NCBI RefSeq assembly: GCF_000143415.4
Contig: NW_003314269.1
Span: forward strand, 2,597,060-2,661,059
Reading direction: 5' to 3'
Source: Selaginella moellendorffii
Taxonomy: Eukaryota; Plantae; Lycopodiophyta
Length of the DNA: 64,000 nt
The translations under genes and the position numbers were made by a program. This document shows, piece after piece, positions 38,261 to 52,300 of this stretch. The notes below the pieces were generated by a model, which did not search any database, had not been told where the DNA came from, and saw only the letters and a list, made by a program, of their open reading frames with translations. The stretch's first letter is position 1; each line of letters starts with the position of its first letter.

Positions 38261-39091
38261 GGTTTCAAATCTAAACTAGTCCCTAAATCTAAAACTACAC
38301 TACAAAAAGAGTACCTGCTTGTGCCAATCCAAGTCGAGAGTGTGAACATGAGCATGAAGGTGTTAGTCCCATGCCTTTGTTCCCTTGAAGGCGATGGGTA
38401 AATAAAACATTGCCGTGAAGAACCAAAGCGATAGGCAGAATGATAATGTATTGCAATATATTTTGTATTAGGGATAAGTCTAAAAAGATTTTAAATCTTA
38501 TTTTTATAGTCTCTACAAGGTTAGAAATACAATTCTAACCTTGAACCTCTCAAGGAGTGCACGGATTCTTTCTTTTGCTGTGAGTAGCTCCTTATTGAGC
38601 CTTTGCATTTTCCTGTTGAAACTGCTATGCAAAGTTGAAGGATTCCTTACAGGATTTTGGAGTTGAAATTCCATGGTTGTGGGTGCTCTTGATTGTGGTG
38701 TTCAGTTGCTTGAAACCATCCTCGAGTTAGTGGAGAAAAAGGAAAAAGGCAAGCTCGGAAGTTCAAGCTTAGAAAAATAAACTTGAGAGGTTCAAAGTTA
38801 GGATTGTATCCTTAACCTTGATGTGAGTAGTAATGATTATAAAAGGAGGACTTACAATGTTTTTAAGCTTATCTCTAATACAAAATACATTGTAATATAT
38901 CGTTATTCTACCTATCTCTTTGGCTCTTCAAGGCAATGTCTTACTTACCTACCACCTTCAAGGGAACAAATGTGTGGGACTAACACCTTCATGCTCGTGT
39001 TCACAGTCTTGACTTGGATTGGCACAAGTAGGTAAGTGCACTCTTCTAGTAGTGTAGTTTTAGATTTAGGGACTAGTTTAGATTTGAAACC
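38261..39091. repeat. Inverted repeat with ~300-bp arms (38261-38554 and 38782-39091)
   Basis: ggtttcaaatctaaactagtccctaaatctaaaactacac versus gtgtagttttagatttagggactagtttagatttgaaacc. Mirrored peptides appear in the ORF track (38216+ and 38945-). Confidence 0.9.
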
Positions 39092-40009
39092 TTTTAGGAA
39101 GATCTCATGTGGATGTTTTCTTCCCAATTTAAAAAATTTAGAGTTTTTCACTGGTGACTATGGTGGGATAAGGCAACATGAAGAGCTCATATGATAGAGC
39201 AAACCAAGATGATCATTTCCCCCAAAACTTCAAGAAAAATGGACCAAAGACACATAAGAAAATGGTGTAGGAAGAAAAAGACCCAAAAATCAAGAAAAAC
39301 AAGACCGTAAAAGAAAAATGGTGGAAGACCATGAAGAAATGAAGAAAAAAATGGAGTGTAAAACCAAAAACATGAAGAACATTTAAAGATTGAAGCCACC
39401 TAAGTCATGGAAAACTTGGAACATACACGTAACTGTTTTTGGCGAGAGGTTGAAGAAAGTGAATATTCCAAGAATTTGTGACAAAGAAACAACCAAAGAA
39501 AAATTCTAGTGGCTGGAGATGGAAGAAGAATGAAAAAGCACAACTGCCCATTTGGAGACACAAGCTATACAAGGTACAAGAACTGCCTTTTATGTAGTTT
39601 CAGAAATTGTGCAAAACCATACAAGCAATGCTATCTAATATGGCGATGCAACACTTGCAAGCAAGCAAAAGCAAGACTCTAAATCAGGGATAAAAATGCC
39701 ACAGCAGAAGAGAAAAAGAAATGAGAAGAAATAACTCAAGAAAATGACACTAAAAAGAGTGACGATAGTTTTAAAAAAAGAAGAGAAATAAAGGTTCAGA
39801 TGCTTTCTAAAACTCTAAGAAACAATTTTGTGACTCTTTTACAAATTGTATAGCAAATAGGAAAAATGCGAGAATGAGGAAATGTTGAAAGAAAAGTATG
39901 TTTACTTCGATTTCTTACAACTCAAAGAACCCTAACTTAGGTGTATCGAGGATACATTTTTTAGCAAACAATTATTGAATTCCTAGGCATACATAAATAT
40001 GAAACTTCT

Positions 40010-40464
40010 TATAAACTCATGAATTTGGACTTCCTGGGAGGTCACCTAGCCTAGTACTATTAGGACGCTTAACCCCAAATATCCTAAGACCCTTAACTGA
40101 TTGGAAAAGGGGTGCACTTTTGTTCATAGGCCTTTTCCCTTTATATTTGAATTCATATGGATCGTCTTTCGAGTCATTCCTTTTGATTGCTTATAATCTA
40201 CCATGCTTCCTTGCAAGTTCATGCCCTCATGAATGGAAGTTGAAAGTGGGAGCAAACTGGACCTACCAAATGTCAATCAACATATAGTGTGATTCCCCTA
40301 GCCAATTAACAGAGTCAAACCCAAAACTACTCTGATACCAAATGTAAACTCTTGAATTTAGACTTTCTGGGAGGTCACCCAACCCAGTACTATTCAAACC
40401 CAAGGACGCTTAACCCCAAATATCCCAAAATCGTCTTTCGAGTTGATCCCTTTGGTTATTTACA
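40010..40464 (-). mobile_element. Cassandra-like TRIM with 5S rRNA-derived sequence in both LTRs
   Basis: LTRs 40010-40195 and 40343-40464 (TGTAAA..TTTACA). iMet PBS ctctgatacca at 40330-40340. TSD cttct/ctttt. Both LTRs carry the reverse complement of the 5S internal control region. Confidence 0.85.
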
Positions 40465-40679
40465 CTTTTCAATTATTAATGTTTGTTTTCAACACTGATT
40501 TGATGAGAGTTACAATAGCAACAGAGTGTGGAACCTTTAAACCACAAGTTCGTTAGTTTGTTGACACTCTTAGATTTAAATTTTTTGAAGAGAATGCAAA
40601 ATTACTTTATTGACTTCTTCAAAGTCCTCTTGGTGTAATGCTACCAACAAGCACTTTTATCAAACTATATGTTATAGCA

Positions 40680-43600
40680 TATTGGCATTGTTTAGGATGG
40701 ACTAGAATAACTGGAGAATTAAGAAATCAAGGACAAAGCAATCAACAAATTCGAATTAAGAATTCAAGTTCAAGAAATTGACAGGAACCTGAACTTGAGT
40801 CAAGTTCAAGGGAACAACTTGAAAGCTCGAGGATTACAAATCAAAGGAAGAGAAATTTAAGATGAAATCACAATAGGCCAAGATTAAATACAGTAACAAA
40901 CTTCAACTTTGACACTGAGGTCCAACATTGAAACCCCAGCTTAGAGATAAATATCACTCACAACCAACAAGGAAGAGTGTGTCCAAGAAATCTCAACATT
41001 TGAAGGAGTATTTTAGGAGATCTTGTGTCAAGATTTCAAACTTATAATGCAAGAATATTAATTGAGACTATACCTTGGGAAGTTCACGAAGCAATCAATT
41101 CTGATCGTGAAAGAGAATGTGCTATACAACAGAGGGAAGTTGAACAACACTGGTAAGTATAGAATCAGGGAAATGAACCATCACAAAATCAAAGACAACA
41201 TGTAAGGCAGAATCAATGAGTTAACGAAAGAAGTTAACAAGATCAAGAATTCATTTGATAGACACGAGACATTACAGAGTTGCAAGAAGCAAACAAGCAA
41301 TTACTAATTGAATACAGAAACATTACTTTAGTTTAGTTTACAACACATTAGATCAAAGAGATTTTACACTTGACGAAAGTGCGATATATGAGCTTACCGG
41401 CCTCAAGATAAAGGAAGGACTGTCCATACTTTAACATATGGACATCACTTGAGACAAGAAACATACAAGAATTATGAAATTAGAACCCTATATCATCTGA
41501 AGAAGGTGAGGTTAGGACATTAAAAGTACAATCACTGCTGTATTTAACATTTTCAAATATTACTAAATATCAAATTTTTTGACTAGGAAACACAAACGCT
41601 CATAGTGAGAGCTCACATTCTAGTACAACAAACACATTGTAAGAGACCAAAACAATTGTTCAAGAATTTAAACAAGATTGGACTATTAAAAAGAGTTGCA
41701 ATCGTTTGCATACCTGCTTGATCCCAAAGTTGGTGAGTAGTATCTAATATTACTAGCAAACAGCTATATCAATCAATTTATGACACAACTGACCTCCTTC
41801 CAACAAACAAAATCATGCTTACTTACACCACCAGATTTTTCAAATACAAGACATTTCCTGAGCTAGACTCAGGAAAGTGACCTCAAGAAGAAACTTGGGA
41901 AGAATTGAGAAAGAAACACTTAATTGAATACTCAAGACACAAGAGCTTGACTTCGCATTTATGCAAGGATCAAAACTTGCAAAAGACTCATGACATAAAA
42001 GCTTGACTTTGCAATCTATGAAGAACAACATTTGACTCAAGACAATTTAGGCAAAACACAAATTCAGGAAACTTACCTTGACATTCAAGTCGAAAAGACC
42101 CAATCAAGATCCGAGAAAGAGATCTTTAACAAAAGAATCGAGAAGTGAAAAAGGAAGAGATAGAAAAAGAGAAATTAGAACAACAACAGTAACAAATTTT
42201 AGAAACGATATTAGAGAAGTACAACAAAGAGGATAAACAAATTCAAATTGCCGAGTCGAACAACCCAGCCAAAGATAACAAAGAACCAAATATTGAAGAC
42301 GCCCTAGAGTTTGAGGCATTTGAAGAAGCAAAATACACAGCACTAGAGTTTTACTCAATCCAAACTCATTAGAACAACAACTCAATCAACAAAGTCTATA
42401 ACTTCAAATGGCAATCATCAACCCAGAGACAGCCATAGAGAACATGATTTCCTATCCCATTTTTACTGGTGGAAAAACTGAAAATGCAAACTAGCATTTT
42501 AAACAATTTGATCAAATTGTGAAGATAAACAAACAGAAAATGCATGAGAAATACTTTTCCCATACACACTTAAAGAAAAAGCACTCGATTGGCATAATAC
42601 ACTTGATCATGCTTTGACCCATGACAAAAAGGTCACATAATTCAAAGAGCAATTCCAGACCAATGGAACTTTAGAAGAACACTATGAAATCATCAAAAAC
42701 TTCAAGCAAAAACCACATGAAGGAATTCAAGATTACACTTGAAGATTTAAGTTTCATACAAAGTGCTGCAAGGATTTGATAACAGATAAAGGAAAGAGCT
42801 TGTCATATATCCAAGGACTTGAAGAAATCTATAGAAACATGGTAGCAATTGCTGCTACAGCAGAAAATCTAGATAATGAAAGTGTTGATACATTCTCTAA
42901 AGAAATCCTCACAAATTCACAAAAGCTATACTTTCACAAACTGATGATAGTTTAGATGATGAAGAAGAGGAAGAAATACACATTAAGACAAAGAAGAAAA
43001 CACTAAAAGACTAAAACTTGAAGCATATAATCAGGAAAATCTCACAAACTGAACTCAAAGGAGTGTGGTGTACAAAGTGTAAAAATGAAGGACATACATA
43101 TTTAGAATGCAAATTTTAGCTTCCAAAGTGTAAAATTTGTGAAAGGGAAGGCCATACAGCCAAGAATTACTGATACAGGAATATAATGGAAGTTTCAAGA
43201 ATCAAGAATGCTCCTCGTCGAGAGCCCAATCCTCGATATCAAAGAAACTAGAATCAAAATGCACGACCACCACAAAATCAACCTCCAAGATATAGCAATT
43301 ATTATCAATGTGATGATAATTTGTATAATCAAAGAGGAAACTTTTACCATCGAGACAATAGCAACTATAATAGAATACCCCCTCAAGATCAATGACCAAA
43401 AAATTATATTGGAAACTATGGAAGAAACTACAATGCATATCAGCAACATGATGGACCTCATGACAACTACCAACATCCTCCCCCACGAAATTACAATTAT
43501 GATCAAGAACCATATTGGATTTACACCTCAAACCCAAAGTTACAATTATAACCAACAACCAGCACCATAGCAAGATAATTGACTCTGACAACTTTACCAA

Positions 43601-46600
43601 AATGCAAATTGCAAAATAACTAAGGAGTAAACAATCAAGTTCCAAGGCCAAGACCACAAGTAGCACGGAATGTTGAGGTGGAAATTGACGAATCACAAAC
43701 TTTTGAAGAACCAGCAATACGAGCTATCACGAGACAACAATACAAGTATCAGCAACCAGATAATCTGGAAGAACAAGATCACGATGGTAAAGTTGAAATT
43801 ATCCAAGACACCGAGTGGAAGAAAAACAAGAAAATACTTCAAGCAATTCAAGCTGAATTGCAGGAACAAGAACTACAAGTAATCGAAGATCATGACAAAC
43901 AATCAAATGATCAGGAAACAACAAGTTTCACTCAAGAAGAGCACACCTCACTTGTAGAACAAATACTGCAACATGGAATCACATTTACCCTTACAACAAA
44001 TACTTCAAATAGCACTATATCTTAATAGCCAAATACTTACGATTTGTCATCCACGAATTCCTGAAGCTCACACTCAAGAAAAGCAACTTCTATGTAAATC
44101 TTAAGTAAAGATCCATCTTGGAGATTACAACGATAATGTACCTTGCATCAACCTCAAGATAAGCAAGAATCAAATCACTGGAGCAATATTTGATGGAGGC
44201 TCGGTCGTGAATATAATTGAGCATGGTATGTGTAAAGTAATGGGACTTGGACCCATACAAGTTGCTCCCTTCAATGTTCGCATGGTAGACCAACATGTCG
44301 TAAGACCAACTAACATAATAAGAGATATCACCATTGGAATCAAAGGACACAAGTTCAAGATCAACTTTGTGGTATGAAAAATGTCAATTGAAGAATCATC
44401 TTACGAAATTTTGCTTGGAAGACAATGGCTAAATAAAGCAGTTTATGCTCAATATTGGATGGACCATGAAATTTGTATACAATCAGATAAAGGACAAACA
44501 AAGACAGCTATGAATACAACTAGGAAAATTCCAAAAAGATTTCAACCAATTCAAGCCCAAGAATACAATTGGCAAGAAGGCTTGGATGACCTTGAAGAAG
44601 TCAAACTCCTTGAAGCTTACCTAGAGCTATAAGTTTTTCAAGAAATCTATTTACACCATGTACTACCAATAGTGTATCAAAACCAACACAACAACTTAAA
44701 CTCGATGGACCAAGCACTCCACTCTACAAAGCTACAAGCTCAACGTCAACAAAGATTAAAGATAAAATAACAAAACGAGAAGCCAACTCTCAAGCTTGAA
44801 CAACTACAATCTAAAGAATACAACATTCAGATCAATGATAATCTAGCCCTACAATCTGGAAATGATGAATTTACACCCCAAATTAACCTCAATGAAGAAA
44901 CTGAAGAACTCAATCTCGGACCTCAAGAAAATCCACACAACATAATCATAACTGCAAATCTTGACAAAGACTTCAAGATAAAAGCTCAACAACTATTCAT
45001 AATCTACAAGGACGTTTTTGCATGGTCATACAAAGATCTCAAAGGAATACCATCGGAATTATGTATACACTGCATAGAGTTATTACTACAACTTATCACA
45101 TGAACCCAAACTTTGCTGATAGAGTCAAAATAGAACTCAACAAACTACAAAATGCTAAATTCATTTACCCCATTAAGAATGCACAATGGTTGTCACCATT
45201 GGTTATTATCCTAAAGAAGAATGACAAATTGCAAATTTACTAGCATCTTTGGAGCAAAAGATAAACACCTTGAACACTTAGAAAAGTGTTTCATTAAATG
45301 TCGACAAAATTGAGTTGCACTTAATTCAGAAAAGTGTATTTTCTTTGTCAAATCAGGAATATTACTTGGCCACATCATTTGTAAAGACGGAATTCTTATT
45401 GACAAAGCAAAAACTGAGGTCATCGTCAAAATGACTCCACCTATGGATTTAACGAGTTTGAGAAGATTTCTCAGAAAAATGGGTTACTATAGATGATTTA
45501 TTTAAGATTATGCAAAGATTGCTAAACCACTCATGGAGCTACTTAAGAAATCTCAAGTTTATACATGGACACAAGATTGCCAATTGGCCTTTGACACACT
45601 TAAGGATAAACTTACAAAAGCCCCCATACTAGTTCAACCAGATTGGATTCAGAAATTCATTGTCTAAATAGATGCATTTGATTATGCACTTGGAACTATA
45701 CTTTGCCAAAGAAAAACGATAATAGAAACCATCCAATATACTACGTGAGCCAAAGACTTTCCCCATTGGAGATGAACTATACAACCACGGAAAAAGAGGT
45801 ATTAGGAATGGTCTATGCACTCACCAAATTTCAACATTACCTCCTTTCAAACAAAGTCAAGATCATGGTTGATTGCCAAGCACTCTTACACTTACTCAAT
45901 AAGACAATATTCATTAGAAGAATGGCAAGATGGTTTCTTCTACTTCAAGAATTCAACTTTGAGATTATTCACAATCCAGGCAAACAACATACACAAGCTG
46001 ATTATCTTATTTGAATTACCATAAGGGAACAAGTCATGAAATCCAACGATGATTTACTTGATTCACACCTTTTTAAAGTCACAACTCAAAGAATGCTCAA
46101 GGATATTTACAACTTCTTGATGACAACTAAGATCCCAAATCACTACTTCACAAACGATCAAAGGAAACAATTCGTCTTGAGAACATGATGATATTCAGTT
46201 ATGGGAGGCAAACTATATAAGCTTGGACATGACAACATCTTAAGAAGATGCATAGAATCACAAGAAGAGATTAAGGATCTACTTGATGAAGACCGACTAT
46301 ATGACAAAATGGGTAAAAGCTCTCCCACTAAAGAAAGCCATAACAAAAAATACAGCCAAGTTTCTCTATAAAAAAATTATAACAAGATATGGATTACCAC
46401 GAGAAATTGTTATAGATCAAGGAACATATTTTCTGAACGAAACCATCAACATTCTTGTTAAAGAATTTATCATCAACCATAAAAAGTCAACACCATATTA
46501 CCCACAAGGTAATGGATAAGCACAATCAACAAACAAAATGCTCAAAAACATACTCAAGAAAATAGTCAAGACAAACCTTAAAGATTGGGATGAAAGAATT

Positions 46601-47970
46601 TACGATGTTCTTTGGGCTTACAAAGCTACTTACAAAATTTCAACAAATTCTACACCTTTCAAGCTTGCTTATGGCCTTGAAGCATTAACATCACTTGAGG
46701 ACACAATACCATCCTTGAGAATGGCCATTGAACTTGAAATTAATCAAGAAGAATCGATCAAGAAAAGATTTGCAATACTTGAGAAACTCAATGAAGAAAG
46801 ATTGAGTGCAATATGGACAATCGAAGCAATACAAGCTAGAAGAAAAGTTTATCACGATCACAAACAAGTTAAGAAAAACAAAGCGCATTACAAAATAGGA
46901 GATCTTGTATTATGGTATTGTGGCAATGTGGATAAAGTTGGAGGAAAACTCGTTCATCAATGGGAAGGACCATTCAAGATTACAAGTATATAAATCCCAA
47001 GAACAGTAAAACTTGCAACTCTAGACGATGAAAAATTGCAAGTAGTTAACTTGAACAAATTGAAGATTTACAAGCAACCACAAGTGCTTCACACTATGGT
47101 GGAATACCAGAAATTTCAAGAGAAAACGCTTAGAGAAATTGAAGAAAACACATTTGAATACATGTAAACACTTGGAGAAAATTTGCAAATGTGACCTAAC
47201 CCTAATCTTGGCAGCTAAGAGAAGAGTTACGGGCGACGGTGCGTGAGGAAAGAGAGAGCCCACCAAGGGCAAACAATGGTCAAGGTTGCGGCAATTCTTG
47301 GTATGGTGAAAGTGCAGCTTCAATGAGGACTAGAGTCGTTTTGAGGGCTCCACGCCGTGCATGGGAAGAGGAGGAAGCGATTGACCTCTTGGATGATGAG
47401 AACAAGGTATGCTCAGTTTTCCAAGTGGGAAACCCAGAGTGGTCTCGAGACTAGACTCTTGACGCATGGCTGTGGAAGTATCAGCTTTATGCGTTATCAG
47501 TTCTTATTAACAGCTACAGGAAGCTCCAATCCACAGGGTATCAAGAAGAAAATTATCGATTTTGCGCGTAGGAAACTCATGATTGAAGAAGAAAACTTCA
47601 CCAAAGCTCTTCAACTACCTAACAAGGGAAAGCAAGTGATTGTTCCGTGAGATAGAGCCATCAATCCAAAGATCATGAAGTGCACAGCAAACTACAAGAT
47701 AGCAGCATCTCTATAGTTCTCGAATGTGAAATAAAATTTGCAAGGGATTTTCAAATTCCTTCTAGCAACATTGGAGTTCTAATGAACAGTGACATTAGTA
47801 AGCAAGAACGTCGCCTTCATCTATGAGGACTTGAACAATGGAGTCCAAGTCGACTTGGGAGCGTATGTTTACATCAAGTTCCATAGGGAACTCTCACAGG
47901 TTTTCAATGCACTGGAGAGTAAGAAGAAAATTACAACAACATTTTTTCCATACACAGAGGCTTTTGTCAG
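40680..47970 (+). mobile_element. Old AT-rich Ty3/gypsy element (family C, non-chromovirus, Athila/Tat-like) with an extra ORF 3' of integrase; boundaries approximate
   Basis: Two zinc knuckles (CTKCKNEGH, CKICEREGH, ~43070-43170). Protease IFDGGS (~44190). RT start WLSPLVIILKKNDKL with the core deleted. RH YTTTEKEVLG..RMARW. IN TDYMTKWV, IDQG, YYPQGNG, WEGPF. Confidence 0.85.
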
Positions 47971-49380
47971 TGAACAATGAAAGGGCATTGGTGCTTGGCG
48001 CGCAAGCCCAAGGGAAAACGGTGAAGGAGAAGGTCGACCTTGGCAAAGGAAGTGAGGCGCAGGAAACAAAGGAAGAGGAGCAGGATGACCACAAAGAAGC
48101 AAAGGAAAAGCAAGTGGAAGTTGAGGATGAACAAGATGAAGCCAAGAAGGAAACTCCGAAGGAATAGGAGGTTGTGGACTGCGAGAACATGCAAGAGGAA
48201 CCACCCTATGATGGGGAAAAACCGATGGATCACACATAGGAAATCCTAGCACTAGAGAAAAATCAAGAGGAAGGGATTATCAATGACAAACTCCTGGACA
48301 CTCCAGTTTGCAGTCTTGAGTCTGCAACACAGGATTGCAACCTTGAGCCTGAAACGGTTGTGATAACCACAATGGCCAAAGACAATAAGAAGGGTTTGTA
48401 TGAGGCAAGTCAAGAGCTCTCACCAATTAAAGAAGCTGAGGAGATGGAGAACCGTGGAATGCAGGATGGAGCAGAGCAACACCTTCACAATTTTCCTCCA
48501 CACTGCTAAACTCCAGAGAAACGAGGATGGGAGGAGCTCAAGTGCGGCAACCACAGCAACCAGAAGCTTCCGCACAACTTTTTGCAGCAGTACCACGACT
48601 CCAAGCTAGCAATGTACACACATGAAGGCATCGAAAGCTTCTACGAGAAAACATTCGTCAAACTGACAGAAAGGCACTGCTCCGTTGGCTTGATGAATGT
48701 TTTCTCATAGAAGCTTTCAATGCCTTCACATGTGTACACCGCTAGCTTGGAGTTGTGGTACTGCTGCAGGAAGTTGTGCAGGAGCTTCTAGTTGCTGTGG
48801 TCGCCGCGCTCGAGCTCCTCCCGTCCTCGTTTCTCTGGAGTTTAGCAGTGTGGAGGACAATTGTGAAGGTGTCACTCTGCTCCATCCTCCATTCCATGGT
48901 TCTCCATCTCCTCAGCTTCTTTGATTGGTGGGAGCTCCTGACTTGCCTCATCCAAACCCTTCTTGTTGTCTTTGGCTGTTGCGGTTATCACAACCGTTTC
49001 GGGCTCAAGGTTGCAGTCCTGTGTCACAGACTCAAGATTGCAAACTGGAGTCTCTGGGAGTTTGTCATCGGTAATCCCTTCCTCTTGATTTTTCTTTGGT
49101 GCTAGGATCTCCTGCGTGTGATCCATCAGTTTTTCCCCGTTATGGGGTGGTTCCTCCTGCGTGTTCTCGCGGTCCTCAACCTCCTGTTCCTTTGGAGTTT
49201 CCTTCTCGGCTTCATCTTGTTCATCCTCAACTTCCACTTGCTTTTCCTTCACTTCCTCGTGGTCATCCTGCTCCTCTTCCTCTGTTTCCTATGTCTCACT
49301 TCCTTCACCAAAGTTGATCTTCTCCTTCACTGTTTTCACTTGGGCTTGAGGGACAAGCACCAATGCCCTTTCATTGTTCA
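47970..49380. repeat. Large fold-back inverted repeat, ~700-bp arms with a very short spacer near 48677
   Basis: tgaacaatgaaagggcattggtgctt at 47971 versus aagcaccaatgccctttcattgttca ending at 49380. Mirrored peptides at 48400+ and 48742-. Confidence 0.92.
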
Positions 49381-49383
49381 GAG

Positions 49384-52300
49384 TGAGCACTTTGATCCCA
49401 AGCTTGAGGTCTGGACGAGCCAGCGCTGCCTGGGAGATTTCTTGCGACGGCTTACAATGATCATGATATTCTAGGCTTTCATGCCTGGTTCCCGTCCAGA
49501 TTGCTCGAGCAGAGAACAACAGCTTGCGGCCTCTGATCAACGGCATGAGAATGGCAGCTGATGTCAACTACACGGACTCTATCTCTCTCACGGAGATCAT
49601 TCGCTTTGGACTCTATGACGCTGTCATCCAGAGCTGGAACGGGCCTGTCAAAGTTATCTCCTCCATGGGGAAACAAAGCAGCGGGAAGTCATATCTTCTG
49701 AATCATCTCAGCGGTTCTTTGCTGGACGTAGCTGGATGGCGATGCACAGACGGTGTGTGGATGAACACTTGCACGGCGGAGGGCTGCTTATATGTCATTC
49801 TCGACTTCGAGGGACTCGGAAGTTTTGAAAGGAGCGAGCAAGAGGACATGCTATCTCGATTCTTAATGCAGCAGTCAGCAACATCACGGTTTTCAACAAA
49901 AAGGTGAGTTTTGTAGTGAGACTCATTATTTCGAGCTTTCTGACATACTGACGTGCAGGACTTCCACCTTGATAAGGAAACCGAGGCTCTATTCGATCAG
50001 CTTGGTTAAGCAAGATGAGAAGCTCTTCAAGGGTCTGTTCTACATGGCTATCAAGGACGTGGATGCAGCAGACGTCGAGGACCTGAGGCACGAGTCTTAC
50101 TCCAAGATAGCACAGATTTGCAGCAAGGCGGAGGAGAACTTCCTGACGAGAATGTATGGTGGCGAAGTGAAGATATGCGCTATGCCACCTTTCAACCGTT
50201 GCGAGTTCTACGAAAGCATCTCCCAGATTGCTCAGAGTTGGAGCCGGTTCACACGAATGGGAAGAGTTTCCTGCGGGACCTTAAGCTGATAATTGCTCAA
50301 ATCAGCTCGAAGGACTGGTCACCGATTGATTCCAAGCGGATCGCGTTCAAGCTGACCATGCTTGCCAAGAACTTGCACTCAGCAGTCGTTCAGGGTCTAT
50401 GGAAAACCGCAAGCCTCGCGTCAACTTCGACACCGAGGAACCTATAGAAGATGCCATTCTCAGTATCGAGGGTCTCGCTTTCGGAGTTGACGATGCCGGG
50501 CTCCGACTCACCTGCCATGGTGACTTGGATTTATTCAGAGCGGTGCTGGAGCAGCTGCTGGGCGAGTTTGAGAAAGTGATGCCGCAGACTGGTAAAGGTG
50601 ATGAAGAATGGCACAGGAAAGCAGAGATTTTCCTCGTGGAGCTCGTCGAGAGGCGCAAGGACGTGTCACAAAGTGGATCGGCTCCAACACTGCTGCCTTT
50701 ACCACCGAAGGCGACGTCCAGAAGCTGGTGCTCGAGGCGGCGGCGATGATCTCTTGCATGAAGGAGAGCCTGGCTTGCAGCTGCAAGTGTACCCGTTGCT
50801 TCCTCCGGTGCTCGTTGGAAAAGTCTCACAAGAGCTCGCACAGCTGCAACGGGAACCACCGCTGCTCGGAGTTTTGCACGTACTGCATGGAGGAAGGGAC
50901 GAGCTCCGCAAGCCACTGTGCGGACGTTGCCGGTCACGAAGGCTCTCACGACTGCAAGCTCAAGTTGCACACTTGCGACCACGAGTGCGAGCTCCTCGGC
51001 GCATCGAGCAACTGCAACAAGGTGTGCTCCAGGAAAGTTGGCCCGGTGGCACACTTTCGGTGGCACCCCGGCATGCAGCACAGCATCGGGCACATCTTCT
51101 CGTGGCATGCGTGGAGCCTGTGATCGAGCTCGGTGAGATGCAGATGTTGTCGCAGCCCGGAAGCTGGCAATTTTCCTTGCACATATGCTGCCTCGAGTTG
51201 CACTTGTCCGACCACTTTCACTCGACAAGGAGCGGTATCCAGCACTTTTGCGAGATCGAGCACCCGTGCCAGGAGCTGTGCCAGTCGCCGGGGATCTGCG
51301 AGTAGGTGGTGACGAAGACAAAGACGTTCGTGGGGAAGCGGTCGCAGTTTGAGTACGAGCACATTTCGGAGCAAAACGGCGTGAGAAAAGGATGCTGATT
51401 GCCGGTTCGAGCTTTCAACAATACCCATAGTGGGCCGCACACACGAACCCGAGTGCCATCCACTTCTGCCCGGTTCGTTGCGAAGGCTGCGGCTACTTTT
51501 GCAACCTGGCCAGGGGACACCGCGGGCTGCACGACACCACGCACGGCAACATGACGGACAAGTTTTTCGCGTCCGAGACCGAGGAGGTGGACATTCTGGA
51601 CCGGAGATACTCTTGGGGGGAGTCAGGTGCTGCGGAGATGTGGCCCGGGGACACATTCACTTGGCGGTGTGCGACACCATCTTTGGAGTGTGCAAGGCGC
51701 GGATGGTGCCAGGCACGAGACGAAGAAGTATGGGCCGAACTTTGACGTTGCCAAGGACGAGCTCACTCACGCGGCCTACTGCTTCAAGGACCCGTGCTCG
51801 GACGAGGACCAGCGCTCGTTTGCGCTATGTGCCTACTCGTGTGCCTCGTCTGAGCACCTTGGCGATGATGGTCAGTCACTGCACCGAGAAGCTGTGGGAC
51901 GCGCCCGTGAGTTCCACCTCCGGGGATACGTGAGCGAGGACGGGCATGTTTTCTCGTGCAAGCACCCGAGAGAACCACGTCCTGGACTTGTAGCCGGGCA
52001 TGGCCAACTTTCTTCCCCTGCCGGCTGGGATGTGTGTACGAGGCCATGGTGAGGTTCATGCGGACGAGGCTGGCGGCTGGTATCTGCGAGGTGCTGTTTG
52101 GGGGGGTCGGCAGTGATCGCTGTGGAGAAGGTGGCGATGGCAGAGTCGGAGGTTCATGCGCTGCTCGGGCACCACTGGTAGGCTGGGACAGTCTACTCCT
52201 TGGGACTGGAGCTTGCAGAGGAGATACTTGACAGATCTTTGGAGGATAGGAGGCCTCCGGCGATTATCTTCTTGAGCGATGGTGAGAACAATGGTGGGAG

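Noticed and set aside
40020-40420. Functional 5S rRNA genes
   Set aside because: Only the internal ~55-nt core is present, embedded in LTRs with a PBS and TSD.
43195-43717. Hydrophobic ORFs on both strands
   Set aside because: Alternate frames of the Asn/Gln/Tyr-rich gag tail of element C.
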